This document shows positions 38,681 through 54,002 of a stretch of 64,000 bases of DNA, one piece after another. The notes under the pieces were generated by a model. That model worked only from the letters and a program-made list of their open reading frames with translations. It was not told the origin of the DNA and did no database searches. Position numbers and translations under genes: made by a program. Source of the DNA: Octopus vulgaris (taxonomy: Eukaryota); the NCBI GenBank assembly GCA_951406725.2, contig OX597843.1, forward strand, positions 20,212,001-20,276,000, written 5' to 3'. The first letter of the stretch is position 1, and each line of letters opens with the position of its first letter.

Positions 38681-40547
38681 GTATTCAGGGCCAAACTTAG
38701 CACAACACTACGAACTGTCAATGGTCGCCTGCAGTACAGTCAGTTGTATATTATTATTGCATCACAGAGTGGAAGCAAGTCAGAACTCCCAAAGCTCTTC
38801 TCAAAGAATGGGGGTCATGTGCAACAAGTAAATCCTTATGCTGAGTTATATGGGAACATGCACATAATTGAACAACAAGAGATTGGAAGTGCCAGGAGTG
38901 AAAATTTACAATTACGAAAGTGTGAAATACATTTCAAAAGAACGGGATATATAAGGCGCTACAATTTTTCCCCTTGCAATGAAATAACTGCACCCTGAAA
39001 ACCCTAATTGCCATGAGAGAGAAAATAATCTGCAGCGAAATAAGACTTTTGAAAACCGATACATCATTGAATTTCTGAAGGATATGGTGGACAGACATGT
39101 ATTTGGTGTAAGAGTAACTCATGTCCGAGTCATCGACTTTCAAAAGAGAGGACTTCCACACTGCCATATGCTCGTAGACAAAGTGAAGATCAGAGATGAT
39201 ATAGACAGAATGGTACCAACAGAAAGTTCTGATTGAAATGATTTAGTTAAAAAAATCATGATACTTAGACCTTTTGGTGTTGATAACCCCTCCTCGCAAT
39301 ACGTGGGGAATGGCTCTTGCCAAACAAAGTTTCCCAAGAACTACAGAAATGAGACACTACTAAATATTAATGGATATCCAGAGTACAGGAGGCACAATAA
39401 AGGGATCACATCACAAGTTGGATGCCATTCTTTTGACAACTGGTATGTCGTTCCATACTATGCTTATCTATTAAAGAAATTCCGAGCTCATATTAATGTA
39501 GAAGTTTGCTCCTCTGTGAAAATGTCAAGTATATATGCAAGTATGTCTACAACGGTCGCGATAGCGCTTCACTTGAAGTAAGGAATGATGCAGTTGCAGA
39601 AGGTGGACAGACTCAGCAACCTCATTGTTAAATGAGAAATTATTTTGCGTGTGGATATGTTTCACCTTCTGAAACCTTATGGAGAATGTCTACGTAGAAG
39701 CTGCATCACTCGTCCCACACTGTCTACAGATTAGCAGTTCACTTTGAAGACCAGCGGAGACTGAGGATTCACTGAGGTAGCACTTTGCAACCTGCTCAAG
39801 AACAGAGAGATCGTGACAATACTCTCACTGCATGGTTCAAACATGATATCAAACTGAATGAGCATGATTAACGGAAGTACTTGTACCCTAACATTCCTAT
39901 ACGTTATGTGTTTAATGAACGTAAAAAACCCATGAACACTCAGGAGAAGAAACAATACCATCGGCTGCAGAATGAACACAGTGAGTCCTAAGGACGTAGA
40001 ATAAATTCATTTACGATTGCAATTTCGGATGTTCCAGGTGCTAAGCGCTTTGAGAAGTGAGCACTGTAGGAGGTGAAATCTATGCAACATTTAAAGATGC
40101 GTACATACGAGTTGGTCTCCTCCAAAATGATGAGAGTTTGGAGCACACTATACTTGAAGCTACTGCGTATCGGATGCCATTTCAGTTGCGTATTACGTTT
40201 GCTGTCCTCTGCACCTACTCAAATCTTTCCAATGTTCTTCGCCTGTGGAATACTGACAAGGATTCTATGATGGAAGATTATGCTTACCGAGGGCTGAATG
40301 CAGACTCTACACTCCATAAATTCTGTGTTTATTGAAAATGGCACTAGCTGGTTTAATATTAGCTTGCTTGTACCAATTGGAATGTAACGGGTTGAGCAGA
40401 AAGATGACATGAAGCACCCACTCATTGCAACCCTTACCAACGAGCAGAAAGGGATCGCCGATGCAGTCATTAAAGACAGTTGGTAAGAAAAGGTTGAGGT
40501 GAGATGCTGGAATCTTTCTTTTCTCTGCTGATTTTCCCGGAGGCTGT
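38681..40547 (+). mobile_element. Helitron copy B, Rep region to helicase Walker A (truncated)
   Basis: Peptides QYSQLYII, DFQKRGLPHCHML, CQTKFPKNY..GYPEYRR, DNWYVVPY..AHINVEVCSSVK and PGGC. It is collinear with 10005-11690. Confidence 0.92.
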
Positions 40548-40957
40548 AACTTCATAAATTCCACTTCAATCCGTACACTTCTGTAAATTTCTTATTTACT
40601 TTTGCAACGTTTTGTGTTTTGTGTTTGTTGTTGTTGAAGGAATTACTGATAAATGTAAGTTCATAATTTACTGACAGGAGTAACTTCAAACATTTCACTT
40701 AAACCCACGCACATTGTTAATTTCCCTAAAATTGTCTTATTTACTTTTGCGCCGGTTTTTGTTTATCTGTTGTTAATGGCTTTCTTCTGGTTCCTTCGAT
40801 ACTGGCACTTTGGTTCACTAAGTGACAAATTTCGCTTCAACACGTACTATTCTTTATTCTCCGGAGAACTATCTTGTTAATGTTCTGCTCGTCGTATTAA
40901 GAAATATAATTTTCGTTACCCAGTTATTTTCATTGTTTCGTGTATTTCTGTATAACC

Positions 40958-41180
40958 ATGCCTAGAAGGAAGATGTCAAATTTGTCTAAAATGTCAAGGT
41001 AAAGCCAAAAGAATGTCTCTGTCCAGGGAAAGAGAGACAGCTGCAGAAAGGGAAGCATACCAAGAAACGAACAGACTGTGCACTACGAAAAAGCCAGAGC
41101 ATCTCATAATGATGAACAGAGGTTTGCACGGCTGACAAGGAATAAGATCTCCGCTGCAGAGAATCAAGGAATAAGATCTC
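40958..41180 (+). mobile_element. Possible start of another Helitron-type ORF
   Basis: MPRRKMSNLSKMSR..AKRMSLSRERETAAEREAYQETNRL resembles basic, charged Helitron N-termini as I recall them. There is no catalytic motif. Confidence 0.35.
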
Positions 41181-41638
41181 CAATAATTACATTTATTTTT
41201 GACTGAGTATTCGTTTTCCTCTCCTCCCTATTTTCTTTCTTCTTTCTCTTCTACTACTTTCTTTTCCCTCTAAGCAGTTATGAAAGCGAAAGCTCATTCG
41301 GTCACTTTATCTAAAGAGGAACACAAGACTTCCTCGTTCAAAGTTGAATCTTTTGCATGTCTGCAGTCTTATTTGTATTTTATTCGTTCCCCAACTAGAT
41401 GGCAATATAACTACATGCCAGATGACCCTCGAAATCTTTAGTCACACACAACTTTATCGATGTGCCTGATGGGATCCAGACTGATCGATGCAGCACAACC
41501 CGTTGAACAGAGACCCACAAATAAAGGACAATAGCAAGATGGTTCGAAACGAATGTAGTCCAGAATAAAATTTAATACCAAATACATCATTTCGTTACTT
41601 AATATAATTATGTATACACAAATACATACAAATAAGCA

Positions 41639-41689
<51 letters not shown>

Positions 41690-41745
41690 TATTTTTGTTC
41701 CACGTCTTCACTTTGTTGTGGTTTTTTGTGCTTTCTTGTTTGGAT

Positions 41746-41821
<76 letters not shown>

Positions 41822-41823
<2 letters not shown>

Positions 41824-43318
41824 GGTTGGCCGGCCTGTGAAACCCACCGACAAAGCAATTTTCTAGACATCCTACTGAAACCCTTGCTGAAATACATCAA
41901 AAGCTGTATTAGAAAAAAAGCAATTAATGAAGAGGCAATATTGTGTTCCCTCGATGTTATCAATCTTCACACCAGCATCCCCCATGGCTTTGGAATAAAA
42001 GCAATTAAATTCTGGTTGGAAAAGTACTCCCGGAATGCATAAAGCAGATTTTTATAATTGAATCCTTAAAATTTATACTTCAGAACAATTATTTACTATT
42101 TGATGACACATACTATCATCAGAAATGCGGAATTGCGATGGGAACGAAAGCCGCTCCTGTTCTTGCGAACCTCATAATGGGTTATTTTGAATTCACCTAA
42201 TATGAAGTATCACTTCAGAAATATGGTTACCCTTTTACCTCTACATAAGAGAAAATTGGAAGAGACACCTAGATGACTGCTTTATCATCTGGAAGGAGAA
42301 CATCGACAAACGCTTGGATTTCAAATCAACACTAAATGAAATCAATAGTAACATTCAATTCACAATGGAATACAACAAAGAATATCTCCCATTTTTAGAG
42401 GTCATGATAAAAAAGTTAACAATGAAATCATAACTGACATTTATTATAAACAAACTGATTCAAAACAATATTTTCTCTTTAACTCATGCCACCCGAAACA
42501 CATCAAAGTAAACAGCCCTTTCAATTTAGCAAAAAGGTTCTGCACAATAGTGTCTGATAGAACAACTCGGGACCTTTGTCTTCAAGACCTCAAAACAATA
42601 CTTATTGAAAGACAATTTCCACCCTCACTTATCGACGAAAGAATTAAACGTGCCAAAATTTAGAACGAAAACACTAAGAACAACAAAACATAACACCACA
42701 ACTCAACTCAAAGCATTACTATTTATATCAACACACAACCACAGAAACAGTGAGGCATTCACCAATATTGTGCAATCTCATCCTTTGCTAAATAGAGATT
42801 CAAAAAGAACGACAACCTGAAAACACAGAAACTCATCAAATGCAAAAAGAAGACAAATTGCTAAAGAGACTATTAACAAACGCGAAGCTTTACAAAGCAA
42901 CCAAAAAAACCAACGGTTGAAAAATGTGGACGCCCAAACTGTGGAACCTGTCCCAACCTGCATGAAGGCTCGGACTTCCTTTTCAAAAAAGGACAGAGGT
43001 TCACAATTACAACTAGTTTCATTTGTGCATCTGAGAATTCATGTAATAACCTGCTCGGGTTGAGGACACCACTATATTGGACAAACAAGTATGACCTTGA
43101 GAAAGAGAACCACTCTAAATAAAGGGCAAATCCGTTTCCCGGAATACAGACAAATTCCTTTCAGTGAACATATAGAAACTTGTGCAGGTAACATCAAACC
43201 AAATTTCACACTCTTCCCTTTTTACCAGTGCAAAGATGCAATCTCTCAACTAGAGCGTTTAAATAAAGAAACTTTTTTCATTGAAAATACAAGAAAACGC
43301 CTTAATATCCACGCATAA
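41822..43318 (+). mobile_element. Neptune-like PLE, 5'-truncated, disrupted
   Basis: Motifs LCSLDVINLHTSIPH, QKCGIAMGTKAAPVLANL, WKRHLDDCF, TDIYYKQTDS..SCHP, Cys linker CGRPNCGTCP and GIY-YIG HYIGQT. It begins right after (TA)n. Confidence 0.9.
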
Positions 43319-43740
43319 CCAACTGTTATCTTTTTATATATTTCAATTCACGTTTACGTCACTGTACATAAATCTCCTACTAAACAAGGTTTTTGAAACT
43401 TGTCTGTCTGTACTCCTATATAATCCGCACCCATTACCGAAACAAGAATAAAGACAACCAATAACCGCCCTTTATTTATCCATTTGTGAAGTCATTCACT
43501 CGTGAATTTCATCACACACAACATGGACAAAATTTCTAAGACAAAATATATATTCAAATAAGTAAAATATAATATCATGAATAACGATATCGAAAACGGT
43601 CAATATATTAAAAATTATATTAAAACTATGTAAGTGTGCGTATTTTCCTTTTTTAATTTCTTATATACATGATAACTCACCACGTGGGGAAATCGAAATT
43701 CCTCTTTTCTGTTACTACAACTACTACCATATACATACAC

Positions 43741-43797
<57 letters not shown>

Positions 43798-43917
43798 GTA
43801 ATATTGTCAAGGAGACCCAAATGTGTCAGTCAAAGCTGAGTTGTTGCTATGGACATGCAAATGAGGAGTCCAACGTAGGTCATATATTAACATGGATATG
43901 TATAAAATTCAAAGAAG

Positions 43918-44180
43918 GAAATAAAGATCCAAGGCTGTGAAAGATTTAAGAACATTTCTAAAGAGAAGACGTTACAGCTGTTTCCGGGATATTTTATGTA
44001 TCTCTTCCTCGGAGACGGTGCGAGAAGATGGTTAGGCAATAGGTATTCTAGAATAACTATTGCTTAACCATTTTCTCACACCGTCTTCAATGAAAGAATA
44101 TATAAAATATCCCTGGAACAGCTGAAAGACCTCTCTATAAATGTTCTGAAATCTTTCACAGACTCGGACATTTATCTGAT
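43918..44180. repeat. Imperfect palindrome of about 260 bp with a hammerhead-like motif in each arm
   Basis: The centre is TATTCTAGAATA (about 44049). The arms give a consensus GTCT-c.GA.GA-stem-GAAA-CAGCTG-TA-AGAC. Confidence 0.8.
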
Positions 44181-44182
44181 TC

Positions 44183-44219
<37 letters not shown>

Positions 44220-44484
44220 AACACACACACATGCACACACACACACACACACATATATATATACATAAAAATACATATATGTATGTATAAATGCAAGTGT
44301 ATGTGGTTATCTATGATTGCTTACGAATTTCATTTTCAAATTTCTTAATCCCGAATTATAGGTTGTCCATAAATAGTGGACCTGGATTCCGTAAAGCTAT
44401 TTTTCTATATGAAATACCCTTTTTCTAGTTTCTCGGCCCGAGAAACAGTAGAATTACCCGATCAACGACAAGTATTACTGCTAG

Positions 44485-45444
<960 letters not shown>

Positions 45445-45592
45445 TGTATACGATGGGTTTCTTTTAGTTACCTTGAACAAATATACACGAGTTTGTTGCG
45501 CTGTAAGACAGAGTACACGCAGTGGGCCTGAATACAGTAGAAAATATTATATCACATTCATGCCAACGCCTAATTGTATGTAAATATATATA

Positions 45593-46464
45593 TACAGGTT
45601 GCAACACGAAATTGCCACCATTACCTTTTTAATTTCGCGCATGCGCATTCTTTGTTTTTGACTTTTGTCGACCACTCAGTATAGTATGATCAGTTGGGTA
45701 CCGTCTGTGAGGAAACCGGCACTATGGCGTAATTCACTCTGCCAGAAATTTTGGAAACGACATGCAGTACTGCTTGGCATTCGCGCCGAAAGATCTAATA
45801 TGAACATTTCAGAGTGTTTGGGTGTCAGTCTGATGAATGTGCAATCCAAGGACTTGTACTGAGACTGATAAAAATCAAACATCCAGTCAACATCATGGTG
45901 TTTGGAGTGATCACTAGTGATGGTGACATTATGCTTTCATTCACGGTTTCAGACTGAATACGGTGGCCTACATCAAGTGCCTGGCGAAGGTAGTGCTTCA
46001 CTGGAGCAAAGGGGTGGCTGATGGAAGACCCTATCTCTGGCAGCAAGACTCTGTACCATGCCATACAACCAGCAGAACCCAGCCATGGCTGTCAGACAAA
46101 TTCTGCAACCACATCTCCCCTAAAATCACGCCATCTAACTCCCCAGACTGGAACCCCCTTGATTATTATGCGTGGGGCGCAGTTGACTGAGAGGTCAGCA
46201 AAACCCATTGTAACAACAAAGATAAACTGAGTGCAAGGATTATGGCAGTATTCACGAAATTAAACAGGGTGACCTTCGAGAGGAGTTGCAGGAGATTCCG
46301 AAGCTGACCGGACACGAGGTTGAAGCCAATAGCAATTTTATTGAAGACATTTACTTTCAAGATATTTTTCTGTTATTTTGGTAAATATACCTGTTAAAAT
46401 GGGATGTCAGTTTTATTTTCATTTTTGCATAATTTAGACGACGCTATATTTACCGTACCCTGTA
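45593..46464 (+). mobile_element. Tc1/mariner-superfamily relic (maT/DD37D-like)
   Basis: MVFGVITSDG, YLWQQDSVPCH and SPDWNPLDYYAWGAV. The ends are TACAGG..CCTGTA. Confidence 0.8.
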
Positions 46465-46468
46465 CATG

Positions 46469-46557
<89 letters not shown>

Positions 46558-46599
46558 GTGTGAGGAGGCATATGGAATGAAAAACTTAAAGCCAGAAAA

Positions 46600-48290
46600 T
46601 TTTATTTCTGCAATACGATTAAAAACAACCACAAGGCAGAAATCTACGAACGCTGGCTAAACTCTACACCAATAATTTTGCCTCGTAAATTCCAAATTCA
46701 ACGTATTCCAAAGAAGCCGACAAAGGAAGTGCGGTAGTAGTGATGAATACAGAATACTACAAAAATTTAATACTTTCCATGTTGGAAAATAATACTTACT
46801 ATTAGAAGTTAATACAATACAACCCACAGTAAACACTGAAAAACTTGCCCTCCTTACTCCAAATTCATGGAAAGCGTCTCACTAATCTTGAAATAGACTT
46901 TTTATCCAATTTTAAATACTGTTCTAATCTATTCTACGGATTACCCAAAATACATAAAAATCCACACATTTCTGAAGCCTGCGAAGTCTCTGCAAGCCTA
47001 TGCATTAATGTCCCTCCCCCTACTGACCTCAAACTGAGACCCATCATAGCTGGCCCTTCTTGTGGAACCCACCGTTTGAGCAACTTCCTCGACATCTTAC
47101 TCAAAACGTTTTATAAAAATATGTGCAAAGACTTATCAGTGATGACCTAGACATGCTGAACCACCTCCCGAATACATTAAAGGAAGGAACCCTGTTGGTA
47201 TCTTTCGATGTGGTGAATCTGTACACCAATACCCCACATGACTATGTTTATTCATCTCAGGATGCATAAATCACAGAATCATAATCGAAGCACTCAAATT
47301 CATCTTGCTGAACAACTATTGATTTGCAAGTAATGTTTAATAACATACATAGCAATATACAGTTCACTATGGAACACAACAGTAAACAACTCCCTTTTCT
47401 AGACATCTTAATTAAAATAGTTATCTACCACATAGAAACAGACATCTTTTATAAGCCCACAGATTCTAAACAACACCTATTATTTAACTCTTCCTACCCG
47501 AAACACATAAAAATTAATATATGTTTTAATCTAGCGAAAATAATTTGCACCATAGTTTCGGATACATATACTGGTGAACAAGACTCCTTGAACTTAGATC
47601 AACACTAACTAAAAGACATTCCCGAATCTCATTCATGAATGATGACATTAAAAGAGCTAAGGAATTAGATATACAAATATTAAGGCAAGCCAGCCGAAAT
47701 ATAAAACCAGACTTAAATATACTCCCGTGCATTTCCACACATAACCCTAGAAACAACGAAGCCTTCGATATTGTCACCGCAAATCCTTCCCATCCTCACA
47801 GGAGACAAAACAACGAACGAAATTTTAAGCTCATACAAAATTATAGAAAGCAAAATGCAACTGAAGTCACTACATCCACTAACAACAGATCCAAAAGTGA
47901 AAAGATGTGGTCGTCTCAACTGTGGAACATGCCCCCACCTTTTGGATTGTTCAGAATTCCACTTCAAACAAGGTGAAATATTTAAGATCAAATCAAATTT
48001 CCCCTGCGCCTCGGAAAATCTAATCTATGCAATGACATACTTAGGATGTGGTATCCACTATATTGGGTAAACAGGAATATCACTCCGTCGAAGAACCACC
48101 ATCCACAAAGAGCAAATCCGCCACCCACAATACAGACAGTTACAGCTTAGTGAACACATAGAATCTTAATCCTAATTTCTAAATCTTTCCCCTCTATCAA
48201 TGTTCACAGAACACCTCAATGCAACAAAGGCTGAATAAAGACGCAATTTTCATCAATAAATATCTTCCATAACTGAATATAAACATATAA
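46600..48290 (+). mobile_element. Neptune-like PLE with internal deletion of the RT catalytic region
   Basis: Motifs ADKGSAVV, FYGLPKIHK, LRPII, SFDVVNLYTNTPH, LPFLDI, CGRLNCGTCP and CASENLIYAMT..HYIG. The GIAMG and DD segments are missing near 47320. Confidence 0.88.
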
Positions 48291-49136
48291 ATTAATATAG
48301 AACACTACTAACCCTTCAATTAACACCGCTACCCACTATACATTCCTTACACCATTCACATTACAATTCTATATCTAACCTTACTGCACAAAATCCAGAA
48401 CTACTTACCTCTCTTACAAATAATCTTTTTACTCAGGAACTATTAGGCCTGACACCGCTCAGAAAGCATGGTATGCTGTCTGACTCTTTAATCATCTCAT
48501 AATAATGTCTTTTATGACTCTTATCACTACCTCAGTCAATCTAAACGTATATATCTGTCGTTACCTTTCTTAAAAAGATTTTTCTTGTTTTATTTACAAT
48601 GTGCATTTTCGTTGATTTTTCATATTTTCCCCTTATATTTCCACTTGTATTTTCTATTTTCTTCTTGTGACATATTTCTACTATATATGTATGCAGTAGA
48701 ACTATATATATATATATGTATATATAAATATAAAGATATATATATATATAACATTTTATGTAAAACATATATCTATATATATATAACAATATATATTTAA
48801 CATATATCTATATCTATATATATTTTCAGTAACAACAATTAAGTTTCAAGTGACGTCCAATGAATTCACGAGAATGTGGTACTTAACTTAGATGCACCAG
48901 AAATCTATATGGTATTAACCATAAAATAATGTGGAGTGATTATAAAGAAGAAAAAAGCAACAAGAATGGATTAGTTGTTCAGTACAATTGTTTCATACGA
49001 AGAACAGCATTATTAAAAGCTGCAAATATTGCAGCAAATACAAGTGTCTCGTATTCATCAGCCAAAACACATATGAGTTTTCCAAACATCCTAGGAGTGA
49101 GGCTACACTCATGAAGTATCGAAGAGAGTTCAATAT

Positions 49137-49221
49137 AAAGCAAAGTTAGATTGTAAGCAGACTTCAAAAGTGTGCATCATTAGAGAACTTTTGAAGTCTG
49201 CTTACAATCTGACTTTGCTTT
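49137..49221. repeat. 35-bp inverted repeat with 15-nt spacer
   Basis: AAAGCAAAGTTAGATTGTAAGCAGACTTCAAAAGT / ACTTTTGAAGTCTGCTTACAATCTGACTTTGCTTT, with one mismatch. Confidence 0.9.
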
Positions 49222-49231
49222 TTTTTTCTTG

Positions 49232-49292
<61 letters not shown>

Positions 49293-49642
49293 ACATACAT
49301 ACATACATACGTACATACATACTTACATATATACATACATACATACATACATACATACATACACACATACGCTATATATACACTATATAGATTCGGGTGT
49401 ATGTGTTTTTTTGTGTTTTTAGACCTGCGAGCCTCTGAAACTTTGCGTCCTAGAGTAAAATGAATTTGATTTTCAAAATTCGATTTCCAAGGTAAACATC
49501 GTCCATAACATATAATAAATATCATAATCCTCCACGTGAAATAACCCAACTTTGAGATCTCAACCTCCCACTCTATATCTTTCGCTAACCATATATTTTA
49601 TACTTGCCATACTATTTTATGCTCTCTCTCTCACTCCCTCTC

Positions 49643-49678
<36 letters not shown>

Positions 49679-49894
49679 CGTATGTGAATTAAAAATCAAT
49701 CATTGCTTTCATTTTGTTTAAAATCTCTCCTACTTCTGTTTTATGATACAAGTGTTCAAACACAAACAGCTTAGCTTCCAAAAGTTCGCCCTCTGCTTAT
49801 TTCTATCATTTTCTCATAGTAAACCTTCCCACTCCTTATGAAAGTATACCGCTCACACTAACTGCGTGTCGTGTTCCCAATGTGTGTCATGTTC

Positions 49895-49995
<101 letters not shown>

Positions 49996-50012
49996 ACATA
50001 TTTATACATATC

Positions 50013-50045
<33 letters not shown>

Positions 50046-50063
50046 TATTTATACATATCTATC

Positions 50064-50094
<31 letters not shown>

Positions 50095-50190
50095 GTGTGT
50101 GTGTGCCATTGTGCCTGCGTGTGTGGATTTAAGAATGAGTTTGTATGTGTGTGTGTATACCTATGTGCATAAGAATTATATTCATGTACT

Positions 50191-50258
<68 letters not shown>

Positions 50259-50564
50259 TGTATATATGGAATGAAGAGTTTAATTATAATGTCTTCACTT
50301 ACGTTGTAAATTTATTTTATGCTATTTAGACCTGAAGTGTAGCTCTGTCTCATTGAATTGGAAAATATCAATTTTTCAGATTATCGATTTTGATAATGTC
50401 GATTTAAATATATCGTCACAAAACGCGCCTAGTCGAAAAATGTGCATAATTTAGTATAGTATGTTTTAGTATATTATTAATGATATATTTATATTTATAT
50501 TTTATTATAGATAATATCTTTAATTATCAATTGAATTACTTTATGGAGGGTCTGTCTCTTAATT

Positions 50565-50607
<43 letters not shown>

Positions 50608-51161
50608 TGTGTGTGTGTGTAAACACACATATATATATACAAGCATAAGTATATCTATGCACACAAGTATATATCATATATACACACTCACATACATACA
50701 GTCACACATACATATATATAAAGAATATTATCTTCCAATTATTCAAGTCATTAATCAGCAACCATGCTGGCAACACTCCTAGAAGTTATTCTATTCGAAT
50801 ATATTCTCCACGGTATTTAAATTTTGAAAGTCTGTTACTTATTATATCGTTTTTTTGAGGAACTGTTAAGTTACGTGGACGGAAAATCTCCAGACACTAA
50901 TACAACCACAATGATTAAAGCTCACACACACACATACACCCATGTATATATGTATATACGTAAGACAGACCTCTTTCAGTATCTGACAACAAATCGACTC
51001 ATGACACGAGTGTATAGAATTGGACACTTGGTGAAGGCAGCACGTATTAACACTGACCTCTTCTCAATGTTGTTGGAAATTAAGCTTCTTATTACGCAGA
51101 CACGCCATTGACTTTATACACACATACATATATATAGATATACATATACATTTATATATGT

Positions 51162-51227
<66 letters not shown>

Positions 51228-51590
51228 CATGCTCAAGTGGTCACACCTGTTTTATCCTGCTTTAAACACCTACACATTGGACTTACAACTGTGAACTTTC
51301 TGCACCTCTCCGATTCTCCATATCTGCACTCTACCAGATTGCCACTGGATATACTTATGGATTTCACGGGACACAACTGTTAATAAAAAAATCCCACCAA
51401 TACACTACAACTTTTAATCCCTTTTGAACTTCTGTGATTTCCTTATTTCCTTTACATTTGAAAATCGTAGGCTCGAAACGTAAAGCCCTTTCTCACTTTT
51501 CGGAGTGTCAGACTAATACAGACCTTGTTCATATATCTGTGTTCGTCTTTTGGTTTTCATTAAATTTTAACTATGTATATATATATGTAT

Positions 51591-51694
<104 letters not shown>

Positions 51695-51988
51695 TTAGAT
51701 ATAAATACAGTGCACATTTAAACACATAAGAGGTATCCGTCATAGGATTTCCTGCACGCCAAAAGGAAGAGCTAAAATCCAAACCGCTATTAGGGATAAT
51801 CATCGAAGGGAATGACAATTATAAAACATTTACCTCTATATCCTAGGGAACGGATTCAGATATATTTTTAGCGAATAAAATTATTTGCTAGGCGAAGTCT
51901 TCGTCAGCAGGTACGCATAGATTAAAATATATAAGCATGAGGCAATCCAACATCGCCTCTTATGTGATAAATCTTATGTGTTTAAATA

Positions 51989-52278
51989 ATTTGCTGATTC
52001 TACCCAAGTCAGATTTAGTTGGGCAAATTAATCGTATTGACAGTTTGGCAAGAAAATCTTTTTAATGGGCTTTAAGGGTGCAGTGCGGGGTCTTAGGATC
52101 ATAAGGTTGCGTGCAGTCAAGGATTCCTAATTCAGAAATTAAGTCGTAGTGTCTATTATTAATGTCAGTAAGAGACGATTTCTTGGCGATTTTGTATTTA
52201 GCTTGCAGCTCTGTGGATATCAATTGATCATAAGTTTCATAAGGCACTGAATAAATATTCCCTTTTTTATCAGAAAGA
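51989..52278 (-). mobile_element. Internal RT fragment of the same PLE family as 22800-26040
   Basis: Near-identical to 25712-26002. Confidence 0.9.
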
Positions 52279-52415
52279 ATGTGTAGATTAGGATCTAAAT
52301 GTTGGGCTTTATAGATATAAATGAGTATATGAAGATTTGTATGTGTTTGGTCTTTCTGTGGATTTTGTGATGCTCCTGTGGTTGTTGCTCACATTGCCTC
52401 CCCTCGGATAAAAAA

Positions 52416-52626
<211 letters not shown>

Positions 52627-52644
52627 TATACATATATATATACA

Positions 52645-53715
52645 TTGTTATATATCGGAATGGTCATTTTGCCCGTTTAGCCAATAAAATACACACGCAC
52701 TATGTATTTGGTGTTGCTTCCTTCAGGGTTATTTATTTTTTTACATTAATCTTAATCTTATTTCAGCCAGAGTTCTTTCGTCACACTCCTGTGACCGCAT
52801 CAGTGGTCCTTTGTTTTCTTTTTTCTTATTTGTGTCTCTCCTTACTAAACGTCAGTAATTTTGTATTTCTATTGTATGTCTTCATTTGTGCATGTTTATA
52901 TCTCTATGTGCGTCTATGTTTATTTAGTGTGTGTGGGGGGATGCCTGTAATATTTGTATCTTCTGTTTATATACGTTGATGTAATTTGTTTTTGTTGTTG
53001 TTTTTGTTTATTCTTATTTTGTTCATGTGTTTACACCCACTTATTATCATTACATATGCTTGTAAGTATGTATATATGTATAAAAACAATACTAGTAATA
53101 ATAATAATAAATCGAAAAAAAAAAATTATTTATTTCTATTTGTTTATTCATCTGTGTATTTATTAAGTTTTCGGGATCCTCTACCGTCATATATTGTGGT
53201 GTGTACTAGTGTTCCATTCTAGTTTTCTATTCAGGCTAGGTTTATTTTCTATTATGTGTGTAGCTTCTGTAATTTGTCTGATTGTTTCCTCTGTTCTATG
53301 TGTGGACAATATTTTAATTTCTATGTTGTTGATTGAACACCCGTGTTCCTGTTGGTACAGAATCGATGAGCTTTTACCTTCCTTGAGTTGTCTCCAATGA
53401 CCATTTACCCGCTCTCCTATGCTTCTTGCTGTTTCCCCTACGTATGTCGTTGTCTTATTACTGCATCGTCCCTCTACATATCTTATACTATAGACACAAT
53501 TTCTGGCTTTACAGGAGTGTGACGAAAGAACTCTGGCCGAAATAAGATTAAGATTAATGTAAAAAATAAATAACACTGAAGCAAAGTAACACCAAATATA
53601 TAGTGCTTGTGTTTTTATTGGCTAAACTGGCAAAATGACCATTTCGAAATATAACAACATCTGTTTCAACACACGACTTCACATAAAAAATCTTGCACAA
53701 CAAATATATAAACGT
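52645..53715 (-). mobile_element. 5'-truncated PLE: GIY-YIG end plus pseudo-LTR, with inverted pseudo-LTR at the 5' junction
   Basis: ORF 53187-53576 (NCVYSI..TYVGETARSIGERVNGH..RQITEA..KPSLN). About 52655-52790 is inverted to about 53510-53650. Both sides are flanked by (TA)n. Confidence 0.88.
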
Positions 53716-53796
53716 ATATATATATATATATATATTGGTAAAACGGTAAGATAACAAAATAAAGAAAGAGACCTCAATATTATGTAAATAGAGGAA

Positions 53797-54002
53797 ATTT
53801 ATCTATACAATAATACATTACTCGATACTCAAGATAAAACTCTGAGTTTCAGATGCCAAAGTGGAAATCCACAACACCATCTCTTCGGTTATCTGGCTAT
53901 TTTCCAGATAACCGAAGAGATGGTGTTGTGGATTTCCACTTCGGCATCTGAAACTCAGAGTTTTATCTTGAGTATCGAGTAATGTAACATATTATTGTAT
54001 AG

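Noticed and set aside
51445-51490. TTGAAAA..GCTCGAAACGTAAAG and similar weak motifs at about 41478-41560 and 51840-51910 as hammerheads
   Set aside because: The stems are too degenerate to support a call by eye.
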